NCBI GenBank assembly: GCA_964016885.1
Contig: OZ024756.1
Coordinates: forward strand, 35,278,001 to 35,342,000
DNA length: 64,000 nt
Direction: 5' to 3'
Origin: Eledone cirrhosa
Taxonomy: Eukaryota
The notes under the pieces were generated by a model. It saw only the letters and a program-made list of their open reading frames with translations, did no database searches and had not been told where the DNA came from. Within the stretch, counting starts at the first letter, position 1. Each line of letters starts with the position of its first letter. Shown here in pieces: positions 51,967 through 64,000 of the stretch. A program made the position numbers and the translations under genes.

Positions 51967-52574
51967 ATGTGAAGAGTAAAATCCGAAGAGGGCTCGATAA
52001 GGATTATATAGATATGATATATATATATATATATATATACACACATCCTGCTGTTAATCTTGAATAAGTGCTCATGTTGTGTCTCCCTGTTTTAACATAT
52101 TACAGTTTGTGTTGTGTGGCTGTTGAAATGTTTATTGGAGTCTATTTTATAAAGTTTCCTCACTAGTTCAAGCCTCATCAGCTTGCTCTCCATGCCTCAC
52201 TATTCTTTTCTCTTATATATTTGATTCCTTACTCTTTGACTCTACAATTTCCTGCATGATTTCCTGCCCTATGCTTGTGTGTGTGTGTATTCTTGCCCTA
52301 TGCTTATGTGTGTGTGTGTGTGTGTGTTGGTGTATTCCTGCCCTATGCCTGTGTATTTCTGCTCTATGCTTGTGTGTGTGTGAGGGTATTCCTTTATTTT
52401 CCATGTTTTCATTTTTTTAATTTGTTTTATTAACAAAAAAAATTATAATTTTCAAAAAATAATTATCAAAATGTCTTTTCTTCATACTTGTTTATATTTT
52501 AACATTTTAACATCAGTCGTTCTTAAGCCTTCTTCATTTTGGCTTCATACTCCATTTCGACATCTCGGAGAACT

Positions 52575-52806
52575 TTAACCCTTTAGCATATACATTACTC
52601 AATATTTACTATTGTATTTTGGGGGGGTTAAGGCTTTATCTCACATAGCTATCTCATATAATATCAAATCTACGAAATTTTGATGTTATTTATTTAGAGA
52701 ACAATGCCTTAACATCAGTATGAGCAGCCAGTTACAGCCAGTTTGAACAGAAAGGGGAGAGGGAATTCTGGCTGGATATGGCTGGTTTAAATACTAAAGG
52801 GTTTAA
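52575..52806 (-). mobile_element. piggyBac-like MITE, antisense copy
   Basis: ttaa|CCCTTTAGCAT … ATACTAAAGGG; internal sequence is the reverse complement of 12919. Confidence 0.8.
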
Positions 52807-53009
52807 TGTCCCACCTCAATATTAAGAACATGTCGGGTGTTAAAATGTTATTATGTAAAATTTAGTAAAAACATTGCCTCCCACTCACTATTTGATGTTT
52901 ACGTTGCTCACCTGTGGAGGAGGGGACACCCCTCCCACTCCAATCATTTAGAATCATTGTTTTAATTGGCAGTTAATAAAGTATTTCTACTACTTTATGG
53001 CGTTTTATT

Positions 53010-53352
53010 CTCCTAGCCATTGTGAGTGACTCAACTATGTTACTCACACTCCTGTAGCCATTGAGTGACTCAACTATCTTACTCACACTCTCCTAGTCAT
53101 TGTGAGTGACTCAACTATCTTACTCACACTCTCCTAGCCATTGTGAGTGACTCAACTATGTTACTCACACTCCCGTCGTTGTGAGTGATTCAACTATTTT
53201 ACTCAATCTCTCCTAAGATTGTGAGTGACTTCTCTATCTTACACTCTCCTAACCATTGAGAGTGACTCAACTATTTTGTTCACACTCACCTAGCTATTGT
53301 GAGTGACTCAACTGTTTTACTCACACTCACCTATCTAGTGTGAGTGACTCTT
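53010..53352. repeat. About 41-bp degenerate tandem repeat, each unit self-complementary
   Basis: TGTGAGTGACTCAACTATCTTACTCACA units. Confidence 0.85.
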
Positions 53353-53540
53353 GTATTTCACCAGGAATATTTTTTACTCAAGTTAAAATGACTTGATTTT
53401 TGTGTTTTTTTTTCTTTTTTTTCGTTTTCAATTTTTATAAGCTTGAAACTTGCTATTTTTTTTGTTTTGATTTTCTATGCCAGTGTGTGCGTGTGTTCTG
53501 AGGCAATGTCTACTGTCAACTGTCATCTTGTCTCTTTCAG

Positions 53541-53793
53541 TATAATTGGTCTCTACGTATCAATGGTGTTTGTAATCGGACGCTTTGCTCGCATGTTTGT
53601 CAGTGAAGTTTCCTATCGTATCATGTTTATGGAGCTACCTCGTGTCGACAACATCTTAAAACTCTGCTTGGACATTTACCTTGTCCGTGAATGCTGTGAT
53701 CTCTGCCTTGAAGAGGAACTGTTTGCTAAGCTTATATTTTTGTATCGCTCACCAGAAACCCTGATACGATGGACAAAGCCGAAATATGACTGA
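53541..53793 (+). CDS. Piezo: Piezo terminal exon B (inner/pore helix + CTD: IIGLYVSMVFVIGRFARMFVSEVSYRIMFMELPRVDNILKLCLDIYLVRECCDLCLEEELFAKLIFLYRSPETLIRWTKPKYD*)
   Basis: tctctttcag|T acceptor in phase 2, intact ORF to TGA. Confidence 0.93.
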
Positions 53794-53997
53794 TTTCCAC
53801 CACAGCATCACCACCCGATATCATTCTGTCATTGTCTTGTCTGAGGTGGTGGCCATATTTCTGTGTGTGTCTGTGTGTGTTCCTGAAGAAAGAAAGAATA
53901 TGGCTGATTTCCACCACCACATCATTTTATCATTACTCCACTCCACTACAATCTTTTATTTATTTATTTATTTTTTTCAGTAAACAGTCATCACATA

Positions 53998-54142
53998 AAC
54001 ACACTGATACACACACACTGATACACACACACTGATACACACACACTGATACACACACACTGATACACAAACACACTGATACACACACACACACACACAC
54101 ACCCACACTGATACACACCCACACTGATACACACACACACTG

Positions 54143-54176
<34 letters not shown>

Positions 54177-55186
54177 ATACACACACACACACTGATACAC
54201 ACACACACTGATACACACACACACACACACTGATACACACACACACACACTGATACACACACACACACACTGATACACACACACACACACTGATACACAC
54301 ACACACACACTGATACACACACACACACATGCGCATACACACATATATACACACATATATACACACATATATACACACATATATACACACATATATACAC
54401 ACATATATACACACATATATACACACATATATACACACATGTTATAAAACTATTTTTTTTTTTAAACTATAAAAATGAAACCTCCATCTTATTTATACAT
54501 GGTTGAGTTATGACTGTTGTTGTGACTGTGTTGTTATGACTGTTGTTATGACTGTTGTTATGACTGTTGTTGTGACTGTTGTTGTGACTGTTATGACTGT
54601 TGTTATGACTGTTGTTGTGACTGTTGTTGTGACTGTTGTTGTGACTGTTGTTGTGACTGTTGTTGTGACTGTTGTTGTGACTGTTGTTGTGACTGTTGTT
54701 GTGACTGTTGTTGTGACTGTTGTTGTGACTGTTGTTGTGACTGTTGTTGTGACTGTTGTTGTGACTGTTGTTGTGACTGTTGTTGTGACTGTTGTTGTGA
54801 CTGTTGTTGTGACTGTTGTTGTGACTGTTGTTGTGACTGTTGTTGTGACTGTTGTTGTGACTGTTGTTGTGACTGTTGTTGTGACTGTTGTTGTGACTGT
54901 TGTTGTGACTGTTATGACTGTTATGACTGTTATGACTGTTGTTATGACTATTGTTATGGCTGTTATGACTGTTGTTATGGCTGTTGTTATGACTGTGTTA
55001 TGGCTGTTGTTATGACTGTTATGACTGTTGTTATGACTGTTATGACTGTTGTTATGACTGTTATGACTGTTGTTATGGCTGTTATGACTGTTATGACTGT
55101 TATGACTGTTATGACTGTTGTTATGGCTGTTGTTATGACTGTGTTGTTATGGCTGTTGTTATGACTGTGTTGTTATGGCTGTGTTA
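53998..55186. repeat. (CA)n/CTGATA array and (GTTGTGACTGTT)n array in the putative 3' UTR of exon B
   Basis: Direct reading. Confidence 0.93.
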
Positions 55187-55790
55187 TGTCAATGTCATGT
55201 GTTCTTTATTTTCTGCTGAGAACATAAGTTTTACTGACATAAAATTCTTAAGGCCATCATACCCCCCCCCCCCCCACTCATTCATTCATTTATTCTCTCT
55301 TTCTCTCCGGTGCCCCCCCCCCCCCGATTTCATATTTACCACCACCACCTCCTCTCCTTCTTTAGCAAAAGTGGGAGGAAGGAGTTCACGGCAGTCATTA
55401 AATATCTATTAAATGTGGTTTATAATGTCTGTCAGGAGTGATGGCCACGTGTGTATGTATGTATGTGTGTGTGTGTTTTATTTTTCTTAATGTTTCCTTA
55501 GCAACAGTTCATATTATGTCCTAGCAGTGCTCTTTTGAGTGTTGAATCAAGTGTGTGTATGTGTGTGTGTGTGTGAATGTATGTATGTATGTGTGTGTGT
55601 CTGTGGAAAGACATCAAATGGAAAATCTTTGGATTGTTTCACAGATCTTCATTGTTCCCACTGAGTGACGGATACAAATAAAATAAGAAATTATATACAG
55701 GCAGATCTATGGGTAGAAATGGCTCCATATGGCAGGGAAGGGATCTCCAGAGTGTACGGAGAGAAGTTTGTCAACTAGGATATATAATAC

Positions 55791-55834
<44 letters not shown>

Positions 55835-56015
55835 GAATAAAGATTAACGAGGATTTAAATTAAATCTTTTAATTGATTTATGACCATTTTGGTAGACTAA
55901 CTAGAATATTCCATAGCTCAAGTCTTTTACCTATCTTGCTATGGACTATAAAATCACATTGAGCTTTAAAATGTTCTTTGGCATTATATGGTTGTATTAT
56001 CAACTCATCTGAGCC

Positions 56016-56067
<52 letters not shown>

Positions 56068-56410
56068 TATATATATATATATATTAGTATATATATATAT
56101 ATATATTAGTATATATATATATATATTATTAATATATATATATATATATATTAGTATGAGAAGCTGAGATGTATGAGAAGTTTGAAGCTTAGTATATGAT
56201 GTGAGGTTGTGCCAGGTTGTGAATGGATGACAAAATATCTGTCAGTCTGAAGGATTCGCGATATATTTATGTAAAAAAAACTTTCTGTATGGTCGAGCAA
56301 TGTATGAGCCTGGAATGAGAGTTAGATAAGGATATGACAATGGATGTATAAACTATATATATATATATATATGGTGAAACAGCCGGAGCTCAGCCGTTGG
56401 GGTCCTGACT

Positions 56411-56451
<41 letters not shown>

Positions 56452-57259
56452 AAAGTTTTATTTAAAATTGTTGGGTTACAACAAGTAAATATTTTATAAC
56501 CGATATAAAGCACTCGACAAGTTTTTGCAGTAGATATACGATATTAAACAAATGGAAACTATATTTATAAAACCATATTTATTTCATTATACATATTAAT
56601 ATAATGAAATAAATATGGTTTTATAAATATAGTTTCCATTTGTTTAATATCGTGTATGTATATATATATATATATATATTTGTATTTGTATTTATCGTTG
56701 TTGTGGTATAAGTATGGCTATTGGTTGTTTTTCTTGGTGTCACACTTTATTAACTTTTGTGTTTACTCTGGACGATAATGTATTAACTTCTCGCTCCATT
56801 GAGTGCTTTGTGATTGCCTCAAACAATTCAATTAGAACCTGCTATATTGCAGCTACAACTTTGATTCATACCTAATATATATATGTATGTATGTATGTAT
56901 GTTTATGTATGTATGTATGTTTATGTATGTATGTATGTTTATGTATGTATGTATGTTTATGTATGTATGTATGTTTATGTATGTATGTATGTTTATGTAT
57001 GTATGTATGTATACTTTCATTGTTAAATAGTTAGAATTCTGATTGAATATGTTACATACAAACATGTAAGCATTATTGGGTATATAATCATTGTGTGTAG
57101 AAAGTAATACATACACACATAACCATTATGTATAGAATGTTTTGTAAATATATACATACACACACACATGTATAAGTATTGTGTAAAGAAAGCTATGTTT
57201 AATACGAAGTGTGTGAAAATGTCTGAAAGACCAATGCTCATATTTCTATAATTATATTG

Positions 57260-57278
57260 AATAAACATTCTGAATAAA
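57260..57278 (+). terminator. Candidate tandem polyadenylation signals for exon B transcripts
   Basis: Two AATAAA followed by GT-rich sequence. Confidence 0.3.
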
Positions 57279-57592
57279 CTGAATGTATGCTCTGTTTGTG
57301 TGTATATATGAGTGTGTATGTGTGTACAAAGACAGGTATATATGAGTATGTGTGAGGGAGTGTGTGTGTGTGTATATATTAAAGTACAAACATGTCTATA
57401 TCATCTCTCTCTCTGTCTCCGTCTCTCTCCCTCTCTCATCACAATTAAACCCATCTCAGTCACCCAATCACCCATCTTCTTCATTGGAAACTTTCTCTTT
57501 GTGATTGGAAAGGTCAGTCTCCTTCAGGGAAACTAACTATGCAATAACGTGTTTCTATCTGGGCTCCATATATGTGTAAATGTATGTGTGCT

Positions 57593-57629
<37 letters not shown>

Positions 57630-57639
57630 ATATATATAT

Positions 57640-57672
<33 letters not shown>

Positions 57673-58215
57673 ATATATATATTATATATATATTATATAT
57701 ATATTATATATATATTATATATATATTATATATATATTATATATATATTATATATATATTATATATATATTATATATATATTATATATATATTATATATA
57801 TATTATATATATATTATATTGTATATATTGTATATATATATTATATTGTATATATTGTATATATTATATGTATTTATATATATATTTATATATATGTATT
57901 ATATGTATTATATTTATATATATTATATATATATTACATATATATATTACATATATATTATATATATATATTGTATATATTATATTTATATATATATTAT
58001 ATATTATTTAATATATACATATATATTTATATATTTGTATATATTTTTATATATATAATATATATTATATAATATATACATATATATTTATATATTTGTA
58101 TATATTATATTTATATTATATATATATATTGTATATATATATATATTATATATATATATTATATAATATATACATATATATTTATATATTTATATATATT
58201 ATATTTATATATAAA
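57593..58215. repeat. Long (TA)-rich microsatellite
   Basis: Direct reading. Confidence 0.95.
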
Positions 58216-58550
58216 TACAATCTATGTATATATGTGCATGTGTGTATTCCTCTGTCTGTGTGTCTTCATGCTTCTATTGTTTGTTTCCTTCTCTCTTTCT
58301 CAAGCATAGCATGTTTTTATTTTTGCTGCCTTCTTCACTGTGCCTTTTTTCCCAGGATGCAGTGCTACCAAACTTTTCCAATGTGAATCAACAGAATTCA
58401 CTTCTCTCCTCCCTTCCCCTCCCATATCATTATGTAAAAGATTTGAAAAGCTATGTTGTAAATACACAATAAATATGGGATGAACAAAAATCTGAATTTG
58501 TCTTATTTTATTTGTTGTTTGAAATCTCTACTTTTATTATCATTATTATT

Positions 58551-58985
58551 ATTGGCAGTAACGGTAGTCGGACGCTATGCTTTGCAGCATAGAGTTACGG
58601 CCCTTTATGATCTGAGTTCAAATCCCGCCGAGGTTAACTTTGCCTTTCATCCTTACAGGTTCGATAAAATAAAGTACCAGTCATGCACTCGGGTCAATTT
58701 AATCGACTTTCCTCTACCCCATTAAATTGCTGGTCTTGCGTCTAAAGTAGAAATTATTCTTACTAGGGCGATATATTGGCAGCATTGGAAGAGCGTCAGC
58801 CACCGTGCTTTGCGGCATAGTTACGGCCCTTTACGTTCTGAGTTCAAATCCCGCCGAGGTTAGCTTTGCCTTTCATCCTTACAGGTTCGATAAAATAAAG
58901 TACCAGTCACGCACTGGGGTCGATTTAATCGACTTTCCCCTCCTGTCAAATTACTGGCCCTGTGCCTATACTAGAAATCATTATT
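58551..58985 (+). mobile_element. Two head-to-tail Nin/Deu-core SINE copies
   Basis: Two full cores. Confidence 0.8.
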
Positions 58986-60379
58986 ATTAGTAGTGGTAGT
59001 AGTAGCATCAGTTGTTAAAGGAAAATATATATTACTAGTATTGTCTTAAAAAAAAAAAACAATTGGCAAATACATTTTCTACTGCCTTAATAAAATATAT
59101 CTTGTAAGAAGCAACTTTATCAGAATACAGCAAATATATTTTTAGTGCATTTAAAATAATATAATTTTATTTCAGGGCAAACGTCGATGCATATTTACAA
59201 CAACCAATTTATCTAAATATATATTTTTATCTTAACATATGCCGAAATTGAGCGTAAAAAACAATTCAAAATTTGAAAAAATGAAAATGAAATAAAAAAA
59301 AAAAAATTGTATCTTCAAAAACTGAGAAAGTAAATTATTATTATTTTTTTTTTTCATAAGAATTTCATTGGAGATGAAAGCAAAATGAATTGAGTGAAAT
59401 TGGTTGGAAGGAATAAGGGTTCTTTGTAGTTTTTAGTTGGAGCTTATTATGTTGTTAGCTCGAATCCCACTAGAGTTACCATTGTCTTTCATCTCTCTAA
59501 GGTCAATAAAACATGTAGAAATACAGTATTATTGTCAGATCAATAGATTAGGTTTCTTCTACACAAATTGGTAGTCTTCTACCAAAGACAGAAATCAATA
59601 ATTAAAAGCAGAAAATTTAGAGAAAAAAAAACCTTTTCCAGAAAATAGAACATTCAACCAAATAGCATTCTTCCACTTAGAGTTAACTTAGGCTGATTTT
59701 GTACTCTGTCTATTCATCCTCTGGGGATAATAAAATTAATCAGAAGAGGATCTTGCAATCATTAGGTTATTTATGATCCTAACCTGACCAAAGAGGCTTC
59801 TTTTAGGGTCCTATGTGCAACAGGGTTATCATCATCATCACTGTTTTATATCAATGTCTCCACGGTAGCATGGGTCAGACGGGTTGTGGACAATGCCAGG
59901 TCAGGTGACTGTGTTGCTCATACAGGACTGATTTTGGCTTGGTTTCTGCTGCTGGATGCCCTTCCTAACACCCTTCCTAACACCCTTCCTAACACCAGCC
60001 TCATTTACTATATCTTAATTTACAGGAAACAAACTGAAGCCACAAAGCTGAAGGTTGAGATTCTACACCATCGAAATAACCACAATGAATTGAGTTCTTC
60101 CCTGGTCCTCGCACTGCAGATACTCTCTCACTCTCTCTCTTTACAAATATATATATATATATATATATTTATATGTGTATATATATATATGTGTGTGTGT
60201 GTGTGTATGTGTGTATATATCTATGATTGTATATTCATAGAAATATTTATATACATACCTGCCTTCCCTTACATACAAACTTGAACCTACAGTCAGTAGG
60301 CACCTCTTAACCAAATATACACCCCAATCCACTACCCCCTATCCTCCCACTCCCACCAACAGCATGAGAAAATGAGATC

Positions 60380-60636
60380 GAGATCGTGTAGGTGTCACAA
60401 CAAGAAACGCACACAGTCCACGCTGTAATGTGGCCGTGTAGGTAACACGGTAAAAAGTTCCCAGTTCCACACTGTAAATGTGGTTGGTGTTAGGAAGGGC
60501 ATCCAGCCGTAGAAAACCTGCCAGATAGTCCTATATGAGTGAGACACGGTCACCCAACCAGCCTTGCCCCAAGTGGGACAACTCCCGTCTAACCCATGCT
60601 AGTGTGGAAAATGGACGTTAAACGAAGATGATGATG

Positions 60637-60697
<61 letters not shown>

Positions 60698-61160
60698 GTC
60701 TGTATGTATATGTATATATATGTAAAGGCGCATGGCTTAGTGGTTAGAGCATTTGGCTTGCAATCGAAAGGTTGTGAGTTCAATTCTCAGACCGGGTAAT
60801 GTGTTGTTTCCTTGAACAAGACACTTCATTTCACATTGCTCCAGTTTACTCAGCTGTAGAAATGAGATGATAGGACTGGGGTCCCTATCATTCCACTGCA
60901 AAGTGGTCGTGGAGGTGCTACGGCAAAAAAGCACCCAGCCCACACTCTAAAGTGGACGTGTAGGCACCACAGGAAAAAAAAGCACCCAGCACTCACTGTA
61001 AATAAGGTTGGTGTTAGGAAGGGCATCCAGCTGTAGAAATCAAGCCAGAATCAGTTCCCCTATGAGCAAGACATGGTCAGCCAACTGGCTACTGCCCACA
61101 ACAGGACAACCCGTCTAACCCATGCTAGCGTGGAAGAACGGACATAAAACGGTGATGATG
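60380..61160 (+). mobile_element. SINE cluster (core/tail copy 60380-60635; tRNA-head copy 60724-61160)
   Basis: Near-identical to 5985 and 17750. Confidence 0.78.
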
Positions 61161-61555
61161 ATATGTATATATATATATATATATATATAGAATATTTACG
61201 TATCGAGAGAGAAAAGGAGGGATAGGCGATACATGTAGTTATTTGCCAATAGCGTATGCAGAGGGTGCTCAATACTAGTGCCGGTAGTGTTAAATATTAG
61301 AAGTGTTAATATCTAGTGGGCGAGAGAATTAGCATATGTGTATGTATATGTATATATACACAGAAACATACATTGTCTCTATATATATATTTAAAGAAGC
61401 AGAAGAAAGTATTTCTATCTGATAGAGTGAAGATCAGTCGAGTTATTGAGTTTTTCAGTCAGCTTGGCCGGATATTCTAACCAAAGAGAAAATGGTTGAA
61501 ATGGTTGTGAGAAAGGCCATGGCGACCACTAAGGTGAACATATACATATACATAC

Positions 61556-61586
<31 letters not shown>

Positions 61587-61661
61587 ACTAACTCACCAAT
61601 CTTTCCTCTAATAACTCCTCTACTATCTCCATCTCTCTCTTTAAGATTGGTTACTCTTGAA

Positions 61662-61700
<39 letters not shown>

Positions 61701-61774
61701 TGTTTTATGTATATATATATATGTATATATAAAAACGTGTGTATATTATATGCATACATACACATAAAGATATG

Positions 61775-61811
<37 letters not shown>

Positions 61812-62020
61812 CTTTGTGTATATATGCATATAATATACACATATATATATTCATATATATTTATATATATATATGTATATATATGTATGTATGTATATAT
61901 ATATATATTGTGTAATACATACATATATATACATATATATATATATATATTGTGTAATACATACATATATATACATATATATATATATTTATTGTGTAAT
62001 ACATACATATATATATATAC

Positions 62021-62067
<47 letters not shown>

Positions 62068-62125
62068 CATCATCATCATCATCAGGTTTAGCGTCCGTGT
62101 TCCATATATATATATTGTGTAATAC

Positions 62126-62164
<39 letters not shown>

Positions 62165-62477
62165 CATACATACATATATATATATATATTGTGTAATATA
62201 TATTATCATATTATCACTGCAGGGTATGTTGTAAGGTTATTAGACAGAGTTATTTCTGATCACTGACCTTTTGTTATGTCGCCATCTTGGATCAGGCAGG
62301 AGGAGATAAGTGAGTTAAGTGAGTTCTACTCTACGGTGTGAAGAGGAGGGGGGGGGAGGTGGTGGAGGAGGTGGAGGAGGAAAGGATGTTGATTCTCTGC
62401 TGTGGTTAATTAATGCTCATGTAAGGTAGTAGGGGGGGGGGGAGGTAGACAGATAGACACATTGATAGACAGGTAGG

Positions 62478-62513
<36 letters not shown>

Positions 62514-63019
62514 AGGAGAGAGAGAGATAGATAAGTAGACAGACAGATGGACAGACAGATAGATATATTTCTTTATTAGCCACAAGGGCGCACAAGAAAA
62601 GGGGACAATACAAAGACATGCCGGGGATTGATAGATAGATAGGTGGATAAATAGGTAGGTAGATAGATAAGTAGATAGATAGGTAGGTGGATAGGTACAT
62701 AAGTACATAGGCATATGTATGTATGTATGCATACACACACACACTCATGTGTATATATATATATATATATACATAGAGGGAGAGTGTGAGAAAGACGGAG
62801 AGAAAGCGAGCGCTCGAGAGAGAGCTCAAGAGAGAGAGAGAGAGAGAGAGATGTGACTTGTTGGCTAACAATGTCTCTGTATAGGAAGATGTTGAGTGGA
62901 TTTATCACTCTATCTATTTAACTTCTGACAAAGATCTAGAAGTGTTGGTTAGTCAATTTCCTAGTTCTAAATAATAGTTCAGTTAAGAATAGCTCTGTAA
63001 TGGAACGTCTAGCTGACAT

Positions 63020-63558
63020 CAAACCAACATACCAATATACCAACATACCAACATACACATATACCAACACACCAACACACCAATATACCAACATACACAT
63101 ATACCAACACACCAACACACCAATATATCAACACATCAATATACCAACACACCAACATACACATATACCAACACACCAACACACCAATATACCAACACAC
63201 CAACACACCAACACACCAATATACCAACACACCAACACACCAATATACCAACACACCAACACACCAATATACCAACACATCAATATACCCACACACCAAC
63301 ATACCAACATCACCAAAACACATCAACAGCTCCAATATTATTATCACCACCACCACCACCACCATCAACACCATCACCAACATCACCACCATCACCACCA
63401 TCAACACCATCACCAGCATCACCACCACCACTACCACCACCACCAACACCACCATCACCACCATCACCAACACCACCACTACCACCACCACCAACACCAC
63501 CATCACCACCATCACCACCACCACCACCACCACCACCACCACCACCACCACCACCACT
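63020..63558. repeat. ACCAAC-rich and (CAC)n low-complexity repeats
   Basis: Direct reading. Confidence 0.9.
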
Positions 63559-63854
63559 ATTGCTATGAGCAACAGCAGGCACAGCGCTATCATTACGGCA
63601 GCCATGATAAAATCACTCTATGTTTGTGTAGTATATCGTATGGTAGATTGTGAAAAGTTTTGATGGAGACTTAAAGAAAAAGACGTCTGAAAGAAGATTT
63701 TCTAGACTTATTCTGATATGTGACGTCAGAGAAACTAGATTATCTTCCTCCATATTATGAAATAACGGCCAGAAGAAATGTTGCTGTAATTTAGTTTATT
63801 GCAGGAATAGCTACACACACACACACGCACACGCACACGCACACGCACACATGT

Positions 63855-63887
<33 letters not shown>

Positions 63888-64000
63888 AATATAAGTATGT
63901 ACACGTACATAAATTTCGTTTCATTTTTTCCGTTTATATATATAAAGATTTATATATATATATAAAGATACTTATGTAAGTGTGCCTATGTATGTATATA

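Larger units (their letters stand above)
445..53793 (+). other. Piezo: Piezo mechanosensitive ion channel gene, 3' half (5' exons lie upstream of the window), with two alternative terminal exons
   Basis: Hand-spliced GT-AG exons give a continuous ORF with Piezo hallmarks: RGAELI, IRSGDYYLF, LWGMLSVPRPSKTFW, YPTRILGNFLTK, PFLLELRALMDWMWTDTTL, IIWFPLVLFS, WGISPPS, GYG-I.GLYVS, AKLIFLYRSPET. Confidence 0.97.

Noticed and set aside
51970-52010. ATCCGAAGAGGGCTCGATAAGGAT (inverse copy at about 18538-18565) as another hammerhead
   Set aside because: Core nucleotides deviate (CCGAAGA, GATA) and stems I/III cannot be built; treated as a repeat fragment.
53443-53793. Exon B as an independent small gene, processed pseudogene or uncollapsed haplotype of exon A
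   Set aside because: Homology starts exactly at a phase-2 splice acceptor, the ORF is intact, differences in conserved blocks are mostly synonymous, and the flanks are unrelated to those of exon A.
57549-62234. Many Ile/Tyr/Cys/Val-rich ORFs in the track (also 623-1112, 9453-9989 and others)
   Set aside because: Translations of TA/TG/CA microsatellites.
63000-63653. Poly-His ORF
   Set aside because: (CAC)n and ACCAAC repeats; no non-repetitive coding signal.

Overview
Eukaryotic, AT-rich and repeat-dense genomic DNA. The repeat content (Nin/Deu-core tRNA-SINEs, TTAA MITEs, abundant TA/CA microsatellites) suggests a coleoid cephalopod such as Octopus; this is inference. The window holds the 3' half of one Piezo mechanosensitive channel gene on the + strand. 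I traced 22 phase-compatible GT-AG internal exons by hand from 445 to 31866 (beam/latch, clasp, last THUs, anchor, outer helix, cap). Main finding: the last shared exon (…FITGYG|, phase 2) can splice to either of TWO complete, in-frame terminal exons, 45000-45267 and 53541-53793. Each encodes its own inner (pore) helix plus CTD; they are 47/83 identical by hand count, show heavy synonymous divergence, and differ at known gate and selectivity positions. One Piezo gene therefore appears to have two swappable pore modules. Also found: a tandem exon triplication after the latch with a stop-containing third copy and an antisense intron copy, a candidate 24-nt microexon, minimal hammerhead-ribozyme motifs (one sense-strand copy between the two terminal exons), long hairpins, and minisatellites derived from SINE/MITE ends. 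Most long ORFs in the supplied track are repeat artefacts.
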